62,434 nt of DNA from Candidatus Pacearchaeota archaeon (GTDB taxonomy: Archaea > Nanobdellota > Nanobdellia > Pacearchaeales > GW2011-AR1). The position numbers and the translations under genes were made by a program. Positions within the stretch are counted from its first letter, which is position 1; every line of letters starts with the position of its first letter. Shown here in pieces: positions 18,956-28,222 of this stretch. The DNA lies in NCBI GenBank assembly GCA_018304025.1, contig JAGVXA010000012.1, positions 1-62,434 of the forward strand. The letters run 5' to 3'. Below the pieces are notes generated by a model. It saw nothing but the letters and a program-made list of their open reading frames with translations. It was not told where the DNA came from and did no database searches.

Positions 18956-20719
18956 CTAGAAAGAAATCTCAAAATCGCCAATTTCTCTTTTCAATACTGA
19001 GAAAACCTCTGAAGAAATAGAACCTTTCAAATCTTTCTTTGTTTCTTTCATTGCTTTTTCAAGCTCTTCCTTATTTGAATTTGTTAATTTGCCGTCGTGG
19101 ATTTTGCTGATTTTTCCGTTTTGCTGGACTAAGAAAGCTCCGCCATTTACCAGAACTAATTCTGCTTTTCCTTCTTTGAGGCTTATCTGCAGGACGTCTT
19201 TCTCGACGCCGACTAAATCCTTTCTCTGCGCAAACTCTGTCAAAGCGTTTGTCAATTCTCCTGCATCGCGGATAATTCTCTGCATTTCGCTTTGAGTTAT
19301 TGCTTTTTTCTTTTTCAATCCTGAAATTTCTCTCGCAATCGGAAGCATTCTTTCGACAATTTTTCCTTTCTTAACCATTTCCTTGTCAAGAGATTTTATC
19401 AATTCGTCGGGAGATTTATCACCCAGATTTTGTTTCATCAGCTTAAATGTTTCGTCCTGAATTTTCTCTGCCTGATGCAGATTCATTCTTTGCTCTAATT
19501 TAGTCCTCAGCTTTTTCATCTTTTCTGTAAATTCCTTTGATTCTTTCAGCAAGTCGTCAATTTCTTTTCCGGAAATTTCTTTTAATTTTCCGTGCTCGTA
19601 ATCTTTGTAATATTTAACGACTTTTTCCAAAGTTTTCAATTCTTTTTCGTCCATAACTTTTTCTTTTTTGACTAAAACTTCTCGGACTTCCTGCACAATT
19701 GTTTTTGGGACTGGCGGGCCGAAATAAATGTCAACCATTGCGTCCATCATTCTTCTTTTTATTATTTCTTCTGTTCTGTCTCCTTCTTTCATGTACAAAT
19801 CAATTGCTTCCGGGGAGGGCTTGATTTTTCCCATCTGCAAAAGTCTTTTCCACGGCGTGAATGTTCCCCTGTCATAAAGCGGAATTCCGTCTCGGATGAA
19901 AGTAAAACCGACTGGCTCTGCGTCTTTAACTCTCTGCCAGAAATCTGTCAAAAGCCAGACCTGAACATTAAGAATATTTTTTACGCCTGCCAGAGCTGTT
20001 GCTTCTTTTATGAAATCGTAGGTAATTCTTCTTCTTAATTTTTCTAAGAGTTCAACTCTCGACATTCTTTTTACGTCTGTGTCGTCGATTATTACGATTG
20101 TGTCGACGTCTGAAGTTTTACTTGCAGTTCCTCTTACTAGCGAGCCGCCTATCGCGTAAGTTGCGACGTACTGCGTTCTTCCTGTATTCAGCCAGTTTAA
20201 TGTCAGGTTTTTGTGGATGGATGCAACTCTTAATGAGCCCAAAAATCCGTCGTCATAAAGCGGGAAACTTGCAGCGATTGCGTCGATAAATTCGAACTTT
20301 GAATCCAATCCGTAATTCCAGACATCAACTTCAGAGGATTTGATATGAACCCACAAATTTTCTTTTGTTTCTTTTACTATCTCGACGACATCTGTTTTTA
20401 TCTTGTTCAAGTCCTTGTATTTTTCTTCAGGAATTATCATCATTATATGCAGAGGTTTTGAATCAATTACTTCTTTAGGCAGGCCTTCGTCTTCTTCAAA
20501 AAACTGGAATGAATTTGCAGGCAAAACTCCCAGCGCTTTTGTGAACGAGAATTTCTTGCAGATTTTTTTTGAAAATTCCGCCAGCTTCTTTTTTAATTTT
20601 TCAAAATCTTCTTTTTTTTGATCCTTATCCGGCTTAGGAAGAGAGGATGGGCTAGATGGGGTGTATTTCATTGCGCTGGATAAATTGTCCGCTAGTGATT
20701 TTGGTTTTTCTTCTGACAT
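18956..20719 (-). CDS. Pol-beta-type nucleotidyltransferase domain protein with helical (HEPN-like) C-terminus
   Basis: GGSLVRG...SDVD motif, FIRDGIPLYDRG. Confidence 0.8.
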   Translation of the reverse strand: MSEEKPKSLADNLSSAMKYTPSSPSSLPKPDKDQKKEDFEKLKKKLAEFSKKICKKFSFTKALGVLPANSFQFFEEDEGLPKEVIDSKPLHIMMIIPEEKYKDLNKIKTDVVEIVKETKENLWVHIKSSEVDVWNYGLDSKFEFIDAIAASFPLYDDGFLGSLRVASIHKNLTLNWLNTGRTQYVATYAIGGSLVRGTASKTSDVDTIVIIDDTDVKRMSRVELLEKLRRRITYDFIKEATALAGVKNILNVQVWLLTDFWQRVKDAEPVGFTFIRDGIPLYDRGTFTPWKRLLQMGKIKPSPEAIDLYMKEGDRTEEIIKRRMMDAMVDIYFGPPVPKTIVQEVREVLVKKEKVMDEKELKTLEKVVKYYKDYEHGKLKEISGKEIDDLLKESKEFTEKMKKLRTKLEQRMNLHQAEKIQDETFKLMKQNLGDKSPDELIKSLDKEMVKKGKIVERMLPIAREISGLKKKKAITQSEMQRIIRDAGELTNALTEFAQRKDLVGVEKDVLQISLKEGKAELVLVNGGAFLVQQNGKISKIHDGKLTNSNKEELEKAMKETKKDLKGSISSEVFSVLKREIGDFEISF

Positions 20720-20769
20720 GTATATTGAAAAAAAGTAGGTTTTATAAAGGTGCTGGTTTTGCGAGATTT

Positions 20770-21588
20770 ATGAGAACCATAAGAGCAGACTTGCATAATC
20801 ACTTGAGAACAAGCAGCAGAATGGACGGGCTGTTTAATCCCGCGATTGACAGGGCTGCTGAGAGGTTGGGGAGCGGAGGGATTTTTGGACTTGTGAACTT
20901 TTCCGACCACAGATATGAGGACTTTGCTGGACAGAGAGGATACGAAAGAGAAAATTTTGGGAATGCTGTTTATGTTCCTGAAAAAGATATTTTGGTTGTG
21001 AAAGGGCAGGAAGTTCCGACGGCAAAAGGACATTTGCTTGTTTTAGGTTTGGAAGAAGACAACCATTTGAAAGAGGGAAGGCCTGTTTTGGATTCGATTA
21101 AAGAAGCGAAAGACGCGAATGGAATTATTGTTGCAGATCATCCTTTCGGCAAGGAAGGACTCGGGCATTTTTTTGTCGACGAATACAATTCTCATCGAGA
21201 TTATTTTGGTTTATTAAATGGCTGGGAAGTTTTTAATGGCGAAGCTGCCTTGTGGTTTCCTGGCTTGACTCCGAAAAACGCAAACAATGCGGCGCATGAT
21301 ATTTATGAGTCATACCGGCTTGAAGTAAAAGGCATTGCAGCTGTTACAAGCAGTGACGGACATTCCCTGCGCGAATTAGGAACAAGCTATATGCCTTTGG
21401 AAACATCTGATGACTATGATAATATAAAATCTTCGAATGAGATATCTTCTGTACTGCGCAACTGCCTGGGTTCAACAAAATTTTCAGGATTTTTTGGAAG
21501 GAAGAACGATTCTAAACTGGGTGCGCTGGCTCATCTCGCTGATTTGGCTGTTCTTTCCGGCTTGAGCAAGATTGGGATAAAAATATAA
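20770..21588 (+). CDS. PHP-family metal-dependent phosphoesterase
   Basis: DLHNH, SDH, GQEV, HLLVLG, DHPF, SSDGH. Confidence 0.85.
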   Translation: MRTIRADLHNHLRTSSRMDGLFNPAIDRAAERLGSGGIFGLVNFSDHRYEDFAGQRGYERENFGNAVYVPEKDILVVKGQEVPTAKGHLLVLGLEEDNHLKEGRPVLDSIKEAKDANGIIVADHPFGKEGLGHFFVDEYNSHRDYFGLLNGWEVFNGEAALWFPGLTPKNANNAAHDIYESYRLEVKGIAAVTSSDGHSLRELGTSYMPLETSDDYDNIKSSNEISSVLRNCLGSTKFSGFFGRKNDSKLGALAHLADLAVLSGLSKIGIKI

Positions 21589-21602
21589 ACCTATTTTTGA
21601 GA

Positions 21603-23327
21603 CTATTCATATAAAATTCTCTTCTGCATTTTTTTCTCTGAGAAAGTTTTAGGAACGTAAATTTTCTTTTTTGTTCTGGGGTTCATTTCAGTATAATACA
21701 TGCAGGTTGAAACAGTCATTGGCGTCGGAGTAAATATCTGGATCTTCTCGGCGTTTTTAATTTTTTTCATGTAGCTTTTCAGCTCTTCTGCTTCTTTCAT
21801 AGAACTTCCCGGATGCGCTGCCATAAAATAGAAACTTAAATCTCCGCAATCAAGTTTTCTGAATTTTCTGATAAATTCATCGAGGTTTCCTCCAGATTTG
21901 TTCATTAATTTCAAAATTTCTGAATTAACATGCTCGGGAGCAATTTTTAACCTTCCTGAAATGTGATGTTTTAATTCTTTCAGATATTCGTCGTTAGCAA
22001 GTTCGTATCTTATTCCGCTTCTTATAAAAATCTTTTTTATTCCTTTAACTTTAGGTGTATAATTCGTTTTGTTTCGGCACGCAATTGGATTTTGCTTCGC
22101 AAAATCTTTTCTGTAAAATTCGCTCCGCGAATTTGGCGTGCCGAAGTTAATCTTTCTCGCTTTTTTTAAAAGTTCAATAAGTTTTTTATTGCTTCTGTCA
22201 AGTTTTTTGCATTCAAGACAGTTGTTTTTGCAGACGTATCTGGCTGGGCAGTCCATTCCGTACATATTTGCAGACGGGCCGCCGAAATCGTCGATGTTTC
22301 CCTTAAAATTCGGCAGAGAGGTTATATATTTTAGTTCTCTCAAAATAGAATCTTCGCTTCTTGAAATTATTTTGTCTCCTGAAGTCAGTCTTAGAGAACA
22401 GAAATTACAATTTCCTATACATCCTCGGTGCGTAACGACGCTGAATTCAAAACCTTTCATTTCTTTCAGGTTAATTTTTCTGCTAAACGGAAGCTCGTAG
22501 TATTTATCCAAATCTTCGGATTTATATTCGGGAAACATATACTGGAGAATGTAAAAGTTCCCTGTTTTTTGCGCAAGGTTTTCTTGATTAGAAAACATAT
22601 TTTGCATATCGCAGAATTTTTCTTTTGATTCGAGAACTTCTTCGTGGGACGGGAGTATTTTTGGTATATAATCTATTTCGTTTTCGGCACGCAATTGGAC
22701 GCCAATTGTAGCGGCTGGCGTCTTGTCTTTATGCAAAATTCCGGAGGAATTTTGCCGGCGTGCCGAATTAACTTGAAAATTCTTTGGAATTTCTCTTGTT
22801 CTGATGCATGTTCCTTTGATTCCTGAAATTTCTTTTTTATTTTTTATTCTCTCGGCGATTTCAAGCACTTGTTTTTCTCCATTTCCGTAGACGAGGATAT
22901 CTGCGCGCGTGTCAAAAAGGATTGATTTTCTCAGAGAGTTGCTCCAGTAATCGTAATGGGTGAATCTTCTTAATGTTGCTTCTGTTCCGCCGAGGACGAT
23001 TTTAGAATCTTTGAAATATTTTCTTACCCAGTTTGCGTAAACAATTACTGCCCTGTCCGGAACTGTTTTTTCGAAATTGAGATTTTCGTCGTTTTCCCTC
23101 GGCCTGTTAAGAGCAGAATAATTTCTTAACATTGAATCAATGCTGCCTGAAGTTATTCCGAAAAATAATTTTGGCTTTCCTAGACATAGAATATCTTTTT
23201 CGTTTTTTGGAGAGGGGATTATTCCGACTTTGTATCCTTCGCTTTCGAGGACTCTTTTTAGTATTGCTACTCCGCATAAAGGATGATCGTAGTATTCTGG
23301 TGTGATGAAAATAATGTCGTAATTCAT
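21603..23327 (-). CDS. YgiQ/UPF0313-family radical SAM protein carrying two in-frame repeat insertions
   Basis: DHP..G.A, GSIDSM, THRGCIGNCNFC, GGPSANMYG, SGIRY, LKIAPEH, AHPG, QIFTPTPMT. Confidence 0.92.
   Translation of the reverse strand: MNYDIIFITPEYYDHPLCGVAILKRVLESEGYKVGIIPSPKNEKDILCLGKPKLFFGITSGSIDSMLRNYSALNRPRENDENLNFEKTVPDRAVIVYANWVRKYFKDSKIVLGGTEATLRRFTHYDYWSNSLRKSILFDTRADILVYGNGEKQVLEIAERIKNKKEISGIKGTCIRTREIPKNFQVNSARRQNSSGILHKDKTPAATIGVQLRAENEIDYIPKILPSHEEVLESKEKFCDMQNMFSNQENLAQKTGNFYILQYMFPEYKSEDLDKYYELPFSRKINLKEMKGFEFSVVTHRGCIGNCNFCSLRLTSGDKIISRSEDSILRELKYITSLPNFKGNIDDFGGPSANMYGMDCPARYVCKNNCLECKKLDRSNKKLIELLKKARKINFGTPNSRSEFYRKDFAKQNPIACRNKTNYTPKVKGIKKIFIRSGIRYELANDEYLKELKHHISGRLKIAPEHVNSEILKLMNKSGGNLDEFIRKFRKLDCGDLSFYFMAAHPGSSMKEAEELKSYMKKIKNAEKIQIFTPTPMTVSTCMYYTEMNPRTKKKIYVPKTFSEKKMQKRILYE
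22050..22151 (+). repeat. In-frame 102-bp stem-loop element inside the YgiQ-like gene
   Basis: TTCGGCACG...CGTGCCGAA stem; 75 bp identical to the intergenic copy at 6542-6616. Confidence 0.9.
22659..22772 (+). repeat. In-frame 114-bp stem-loop element inside the YgiQ-like gene
   Basis: TTTTGGTATAT...TTCGGCACGCAATTGGA...CGTGCCGAATTAA. Confidence 0.88.
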
Positions 23328-23363
23328 ACTTGAGAGATTTAAACCGAATATATAAATAATTCT

Positions 23364-23519
23364 TTATCGTTGTTTTTTCGGCACGAAATACAAAAACCAA
23401 ATGAACCAAAGCAGCCAAAGCATGTCAAGCCAATCTTGCGTTAAGATTCCCGGAATTCCTAACAACCCCAAGAATCCTAAAAATCCCAGCATCCAATCTT
23501 TTCTCAATTTCTTTTTCAT
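23364..23519 (-). CDS. 51-aa membrane peptide
   Basis: Manually translated MKKKLRKDWMLGFLGFLGLLG...WFIWFLYF; ATGA overlap with the upstream ORF. Confidence 0.65.
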   Translation of the reverse strand: MKKKLRKDWMLGFLGFLGLLGIPGILTQDWLDMLWLLWFIWFLYFVPKKQR

Positions 23520-23752
23520 TTTAATTTTTTAATTATATCAATTATTGCAAGCAAAACTCCGACGCCGATTAGACTATATCCGACTAATCTGCTTTCTCCG
23601 AAAATTATTCCTGCCAAGATGAATGCAAATGCAAGACTTGCTAAGATTGTTAATGGTTTTTGTTTTTTGTTTTTCCTTACGAAAAAAATTAGGATAGCAA
23701 TAACTAGTAAAACTAAGATTGAAATCAAGATGTATATTTGGGATGGTTCCAT
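23516..23752 (-). CDS. Small 3-TM membrane protein
   Basis: Three hydrophobic segments. Confidence 0.7.
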   Translation of the reverse strand: MEPSQIYILISILVLLVIAILIFFVRKNKKQKPLTILASLAFAFILAGIIFGESRLVGYSLIGVGVLLAIIDIIKKLK

Positions 23753-23754
23753 TG

Positions 23755-23979
23755 TTATATTCCTAAAAATTTAAACGCTTCGTAGACGAGAAACGCCGGC
23801 CAGACAATCGCTTTTAGTATCCCCAAAACTCCTGCCCAGAACCCGTTTGCTGTGGAGACGTAATAAATTGCCGAGCCGAGAAAACCCAAGCCGTAAACAG
23901 CTCCGCCGCAAGCTCCGCAAGAACTTTTTCCGCAGGATTTATTTTTTTCCTTATTCATCTTTTTATTCATTCTTTTCAA
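23755..23979 (-). CDS. Small membrane protein
   Basis: GAVYGLGFLG.AIYY...FW.GVLGILKAIVWP. Confidence 0.75.
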   Translation of the reverse strand: MKRMNKKMNKEKNKSCGKSSCGACGGAVYGLGFLGSAIYYVSTANGFWAGVLGILKAIVWPAFLVYEAFKFLGI

Positions 23980-24081
23980 TATTTAAACGTTTTTATTTAA
24001 TTCAATATTTAGTATATCTGAAATTGTGCCAATTAAAAAAATATTGATTGGCTGTAAATACTTAATGTATCTGGCAAGGAA

Positions 24082-24411
24082 ATGGAAATTGATTTTGAAA
24101 CTTGTAAATTTCTTATAGAGAGATTTAGGAAGTTGAATAAATTTGAAATATTGGAAGATGACAACCCGCACGGGTTTGGAGACGGCGTAGATTATTGGTC
24201 GTATACTATTTTAGAATCTGCGAATCTTAAAGTAATATATGCGCGATATGATTTATTTGGGCGAAATGATATAACTGTGATTGACAAAGAAAAAAATATC
24301 TGCATTTACTCGAATTCTCCGTATCCGGAAGAGTTTGGAATTGATAAAATGGAAAGGACGAGAATACAAACGCTGGATGAATTAATAAGACGTGTTGAAG
24401 AGAGATTGTAG
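24082..24411 (+). CDS. Hypothetical protein
   Basis: 109-aa ORF with protein-like composition. Confidence 0.55.
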   Translation: MEIDFETCKFLIERFRKLNKFEILEDDNPHGFGDGVDYWSYTILESANLKVIYARYDLFGRNDITVIDKEKNICIYSNSPYPEEFGIDKMERTRIQTLDELIRRVEERL

Positions 24412-24420
24412 ATTTTTGGG

Positions 24421-24463
24421 ATGGGCCTGAAGAGAATCGAACTCCTGACTACTCGGTGTAAAC
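24421..24463 (-). repeat. Exact 43-bp duplicate of the tRNA-Val 3' half (att-like)
   Basis: Identical to 25731-25773 and includes the anticodon loop. Confidence 0.9.
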
Positions 24464-24514
24464 AAATGTATCCTAAAGGTAACTTTTTGTAACGAGCTAC
24501 AGAGTTTATGTTTT

Positions 24515-25555
24515 TTATTTAGGATTACAGTAAGATTCTTCTAATTCCTTAAGATAATATTTTGACCAAACAAGTGGACTGTCCATTACCCTCTGGTTAT
24601 CAAATCTTTTTAGATAGGTTTTGCCATCTGAAAACAAATGTTTTCTAAAAACAACTCCAGAGTAACCTTCAATAAAAGTAGGGTCTACCTCGCCTTTGCT
24701 ATACCAGTATCCGCATACATTAATATTTCCACGCACATTCTCTGGAATTAATTCTTTTACCTCAAGGCTATCAAGATAAAAAATATACTGTTTTTGTGGC
24801 AATCCTCCAAGTACAAGTTCATAAATTACAGCATCTCCTTCTGGAGACCATCTCGTAAATCCATAATTGTATCCCCAGCCATCATCCCAACCGCTTGAAT
24901 TGTTTACTGGAATTTTTGTATTAAACGCTTCTTCAAAAACTTTTTTCTCTTCCCTAGTTTCTAAATCGTAAATGAATATCTCGACATGCTGAGTCTGATT
25001 TTTATAAATATCCTCTCCGTAAGTGTATCGTACCCTATCAAATAAAATTTTATCTTCCGTAGAGGATATTCCTAATAAATTACTGATATTTTTACTTACT
25101 ATAAAAAATTCTTGGTTATCAAGGTCATAGCCATAAATATTCTTTTCTGGTCGTGCAAGAATGCCAGTCTTATTATTCACGTATGTTTCAAATGAAGACT
25201 CTTCTGTTTCAAAAAATAAGAATTTCTTGTCTTTAGACAAATGGAGACCAGTTGTACTAACAATATAACAATAATCTAACTTTGTTAAAAGCATTTCTTT
25301 TTCAGAATTAATATTTTTTAGATAAACTTGGCAAGAGCGATCATTATATTTGTCTGTTATTCCTTCTCTTTTAGTAAACAAAACATTTTCTCCGTCTAAA
25401 GTTATTCTTTGAAAAGAATCCCCTTTTTGCCAATTAATATAAAGAAACGGCTTTTCCAAAAGTGGACCTGGAGTTATTAGAGAATAAAACACAACTGAAA
25501 ATATAGCAACCAAAATCAAAATTATAAAAAAGATAATAATCAATTTTTTGCCCAT
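24515..25555 (-). CDS. Membrane-anchored TolB/WD40-like beta-propeller protein
   Basis: N-terminal TM; LSKDKKFLFF, IYGYDL, IFIYDLET, WSPEGDAVIY repeats. Confidence 0.65.
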   Translation of the reverse strand: MGKKLIIIFFIILILVAIFSVVFYSLITPGPLLEKPFLYINWQKGDSFQRITLDGENVLFTKREGITDKYNDRSCQVYLKNINSEKEMLLTKLDYCYIVSTTGLHLSKDKKFLFFETEESSFETYVNNKTGILARPEKNIYGYDLDNQEFFIVSKNISNLLGISSTEDKILFDRVRYTYGEDIYKNQTQHVEIFIYDLETREEKKVFEEAFNTKIPVNNSSGWDDGWGYNYGFTRWSPEGDAVIYELVLGGLPQKQYIFYLDSLEVKELIPENVRGNINVCGYWYSKGEVDPTFIEGYSGVVFRKHLFSDGKTYLKRFDNQRVMDSPLVWSKYYLKELEESYCNPK

Positions 25556-25600
25556 GGAGGATGAAAACAAATCTAATTTATAAATCCTTTGAAAATGAGC

Positions 25601-25641
25601 GGCCCCGAAGAGAATCGAACTGGTGAATACTCGGTGTAAAC
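25601..25641 (-). repeat. Degenerate second duplicate of the tRNA-Val 3' half
   Basis: GGCCCCGAAGAGAATCGAACT..TACTCGGTGTAAAC; broken T-stem. Confidence 0.8.
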
Positions 25642-25731
25642 AAATGTATCATAAAGATTCTATTATGTTACATTTTACCAATTTCTTGGTGTGATTCGCT
25701 TGAACCGAGCAATCTATCCCTTTAATTTATA

Positions 25732-25802
25732 TGGGCCTGAAGAGAATCGAACTCCTGACTACTCGGTGTAAACGAGTCATTTTGCCACTAGACTACAGGC
25801 CC
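25732..25802 (-). tRNA. tRNA-Val(TAC)
   Basis: GGGCCTG/CAGGCCC acceptor stem, CTCG-TTTACAC-CGAG anticodon arm, GTTCGATTC. Confidence 0.92.
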
Positions 25803-25895
25803 ATATTATTCATGAGAAATTAGCGGTTTTAAATTTATTGTTTGAAAAATTATTTATGACAATCTTTAAATAACTCTTGTTTTTATTTCACTTGA

Positions 25896-26039
25896 GCGAT
25901 ATTAGTTAAGTGGCAGAACGACACGTTGCCAATGTCCAACTTTCTTTAGAAAAGAAAGTTCGGCGCTCAAAGAAACTAATATAGTCTTTGAGAGCAGAGC
26001 AAAAACGTGTAAACCGGGGTTCGATTCCCCGATATCGCA
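25896..26039 (+). tRNA. tRNA-Gly(GCC) with 73-nt intron (25932-26004)
   Basis: GCGATAT/ATATCGC acceptor stem; ACACG/CGTGT stem; TTGC pairs with intron GCAA, AA|A bulge. Confidence 0.92.
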
Positions 26040-26040
26040 T

Positions 26041-26091
26041 ATGTCCAACTTTCTTTAGAAAAGAAAGTTCGGCGCTCAAAGAAACTAATAT
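26041..26091 (+). repeat. Exact 51-bp copy of the 5' part of the tRNA-Gly intron
   Basis: Identical to 25932-25982. Confidence 0.9.
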
Positions 26092-26177
26092 CGTCTCTGT
26101 GAGGATTAGTTCAACTTTTTAGAATTCAATTCAATAAAAAATAAAAATAAAATAAATACAGAAAAATAAATTAAAAA

Positions 26178-26285
26178 TTATTCAAAAGACTCGTCGTCTT
26201 CTTCGGGTTCTTCGTCTTCAGACTCTTCTTCGTCTTCAGACTCTTCTTCGTCTTCAAAGTCGTCTGCGTCTTCAGTTATTTCCAT
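26178..26285 (-). CDS. 35-aa highly acidic peptide MEITEDADDFEDEEESEDEEES...
   Basis: Manually translated; GAGGT SD-like motif; 18-bp tandem repeat. Confidence 0.5.
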   Translation of the reverse strand: MEITEDADDFEDEEESEDEEESEDEEPEEDDESFE

Positions 26286-26417
26286 ATCTTTTTTAACCTC
26301 GGATTTAAGTATCTTTTATAACAATTATTTATTTTTAAATGTTGTTGTTCTTGAACGCGTTTGATAAATTTTAAATACTGATAATTAGTAGTAATAGAAA
26401 TTATCTGAGAGAAACTA

Positions 26418-27872
26418 ATGACAGCAAACACAAAAAAAATTATTTCTAAGAGATATTTAAAATCAAGATGGAAACATTTTCTAAGCAGAAATTCGAACGG
26501 GGTTCTGCTTATCGAGGGTGTCAGCGTCGAAGAGCTTCGGAAAAAGTACGGAACTCCGCTGTATGTTTTCGTCGAAGAAGAAGTCAGAAAACGGCTGAGA
26601 GATTTTAAGGGGGCTTTTGATTATTCTGTGTTCAAGCCGGAGTACGCATGCAAATGCAATTCGAATCTCGAAATTTTGAGAATTGCGAGAGAGGAAGGGT
26701 TTGATTTTGATGCGAGCAGCGTCGGAGAAATTATTCTTGGGCTGCTTGCGGATTTCGAGCCGTGGCAGATTAGTTTTACGAATCTTAACAAGACACAGCA
26801 GGATATTTTATTTGCGGCAAGCATTGGGGTGAAATCTATTACTGTTGATTCTCTTGAAGAAATTGACAAGGCGATTGAGGTTGCTTCTAAGCTGAGGAGA
26901 AAAATTCCTCTTTTAATCCGCGTTAATCCTATGATTAAAGAAGGAAAATACTCGACGCAAAACCAGCAATATGGAATCCCTTACGCGTATGCCAAGCGAG
27001 CGATTAACAAAGTTATTTCGGCAGAGTATCTTGAGCTGAAAGGATTTCATTTTCACGGCTCGTATGCGCATAGCCCGAAGGCTTACATTCTTTCTGCTGA
27101 GAAACTTGTAAAACTTGCGCAGTATTGTTTAGGCAAGGGCGTTGAGATTAGTGTTATTGATTTGGGAGGAGGTTTTCCTCCGGAAGCGCCGAGACAATAC
27201 AAGCCGGGAAAATATTTCACGCCTCAGGAACTTGCGGATAAATTCCTTCCTGCTTTTCACAAGATGATTGAACAGAGCGGAATCAGAAAACCTGCGCTGG
27301 TTTTTGAGCCGGGAAAATATATCGTCGCCAATGCAGGCATCGGACTTTTCGAAGTCATCAGCAAAAAAAATCTCAAGAAAAAAGAAATACTTGTGACGAA
27401 CGCTTCGTGCTATTCGATGTTTCCGGATGTTTTGGTTTCGCATGTTAATTATGAAATCCTTCCTGCAAATGATATGCTGTCGAGGAGAACAAATAAATAC
27501 GACATTGCCGGGTGCACTTGCGACTGCCTTGATGTTATCGCCAAAAATCAGATGATGCCTTACATTAATATCGGCGACATGTTCGCGCTGATGGATTGCG
27601 GCGCTTACAGCTATGTAATGGGCTCGAACTTTAACAATCTAAAAAGACCGCCGATGATTTTAATTAAACAAGACGGGGTTGTGAAAATGATCCGCCGTCG
27701 CGATAGATATTCTGAAATGTTCGCTCCTGAACTTGATGTTCTGAAAGTTGCTGATCCTGAAGAATTGAAAAAGTTTTACAATATGTCGAGGGTAAATTTG
27801 AATACGGTTTGGGGGAAGGCGAAGAATGGGAATGGTAATGGGGAGAATGGTGTTGCGGTTAGTGATAAGTGA
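26418..27872 (+). CDS. PLP-dependent Orn/Lys/Arg/DAP decarboxylase (LysA-like)
   Basis: YGTPLYV, YACKCN (PLP lysine), DLGGGF, FEPGKY, CDCLD, GAYS..M.SNFN. Confidence 0.9.
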   Translation: MTANTKKIISKRYLKSRWKHFLSRNSNGVLLIEGVSVEELRKKYGTPLYVFVEEEVRKRLRDFKGAFDYSVFKPEYACKCNSNLEILRIAREEGFDFDASSVGEIILGLLADFEPWQISFTNLNKTQQDILFAASIGVKSITVDSLEEIDKAIEVASKLRRKIPLLIRVNPMIKEGKYSTQNQQYGIPYAYAKRAINKVISAEYLELKGFHFHGSYAHSPKAYILSAEKLVKLAQYCLGKGVEISVIDLGGGFPPEAPRQYKPGKYFTPQELADKFLPAFHKMIEQSGIRKPALVFEPGKYIVANAGIGLFEVISKKNLKKKEILVTNASCYSMFPDVLVSHVNYEILPANDMLSRRTNKYDIAGCTCDCLDVIAKNQMMPYINIGDMFALMDCGAYSYVMGSNFNNLKRPPMILIKQDGVVKMIRRRDRYSEMFAPELDVLKVADPEELKKFYNMSRVNLNTVWGKAKNGNGNGENGVAVSDK

Positions 27873-27913
27873 GAATGGGATTTTTTAATGGAGAATGTGG
27901 CATGAGAATTGGA

Positions 27914-28222
27914 TTATAATAAATCATTAATTGTTTCAGACATAATTTTCTCTGCTTCTTCGTCGGGGAATTCAATGTCAGGATATTTTGTGTCTTTCTC
28001 TTTTTTTAAGAGATTTAACGAAATTTCGTGGATTTTCTTTTTGTCAGACTCGTTCCAATTAAATTCCAGCGCTTTATTTTGAGCAACACTTCGGTATTCA
28101 ATTATTTCGGATTCTAAAAAATGCTTTGATTCTGGCTTGTTCGTATGCGCGAATACTAATTTATGCAAAGCTATATTTGCAATAACTTTACTCAGCGATT
28201 TTATCACATCATTTTTTCCCAT
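27914..28222 (-). CDS. Hypothetical helical protein coupled to the nucleotidyltransferase gene
   Basis: Overlaps the 3' end of 28209-29030. Confidence 0.65.
   Translation of the reverse strand: MGKNDVIKSLSKVIANIALHKLVFAHTNKPESKHFLESEIIEYRSVAQNKALEFNWNESDKKKIHEISLNLLKKEKDTKYPDIEFPDEEAEKIMSETINDLL

Noticed and set aside
23376..23386. TTTCGGCACG match to the repeat stem
   Set aside because: No core or closing stem; it encodes VPK of a small membrane ORF.
24421..25641. Split (trans-spliced) tRNA-Val halves
   Set aside because: An intact tRNA-Val is adjacent, one copy has a broken T-stem, and no matching 5' half with a complementary leader is visible.
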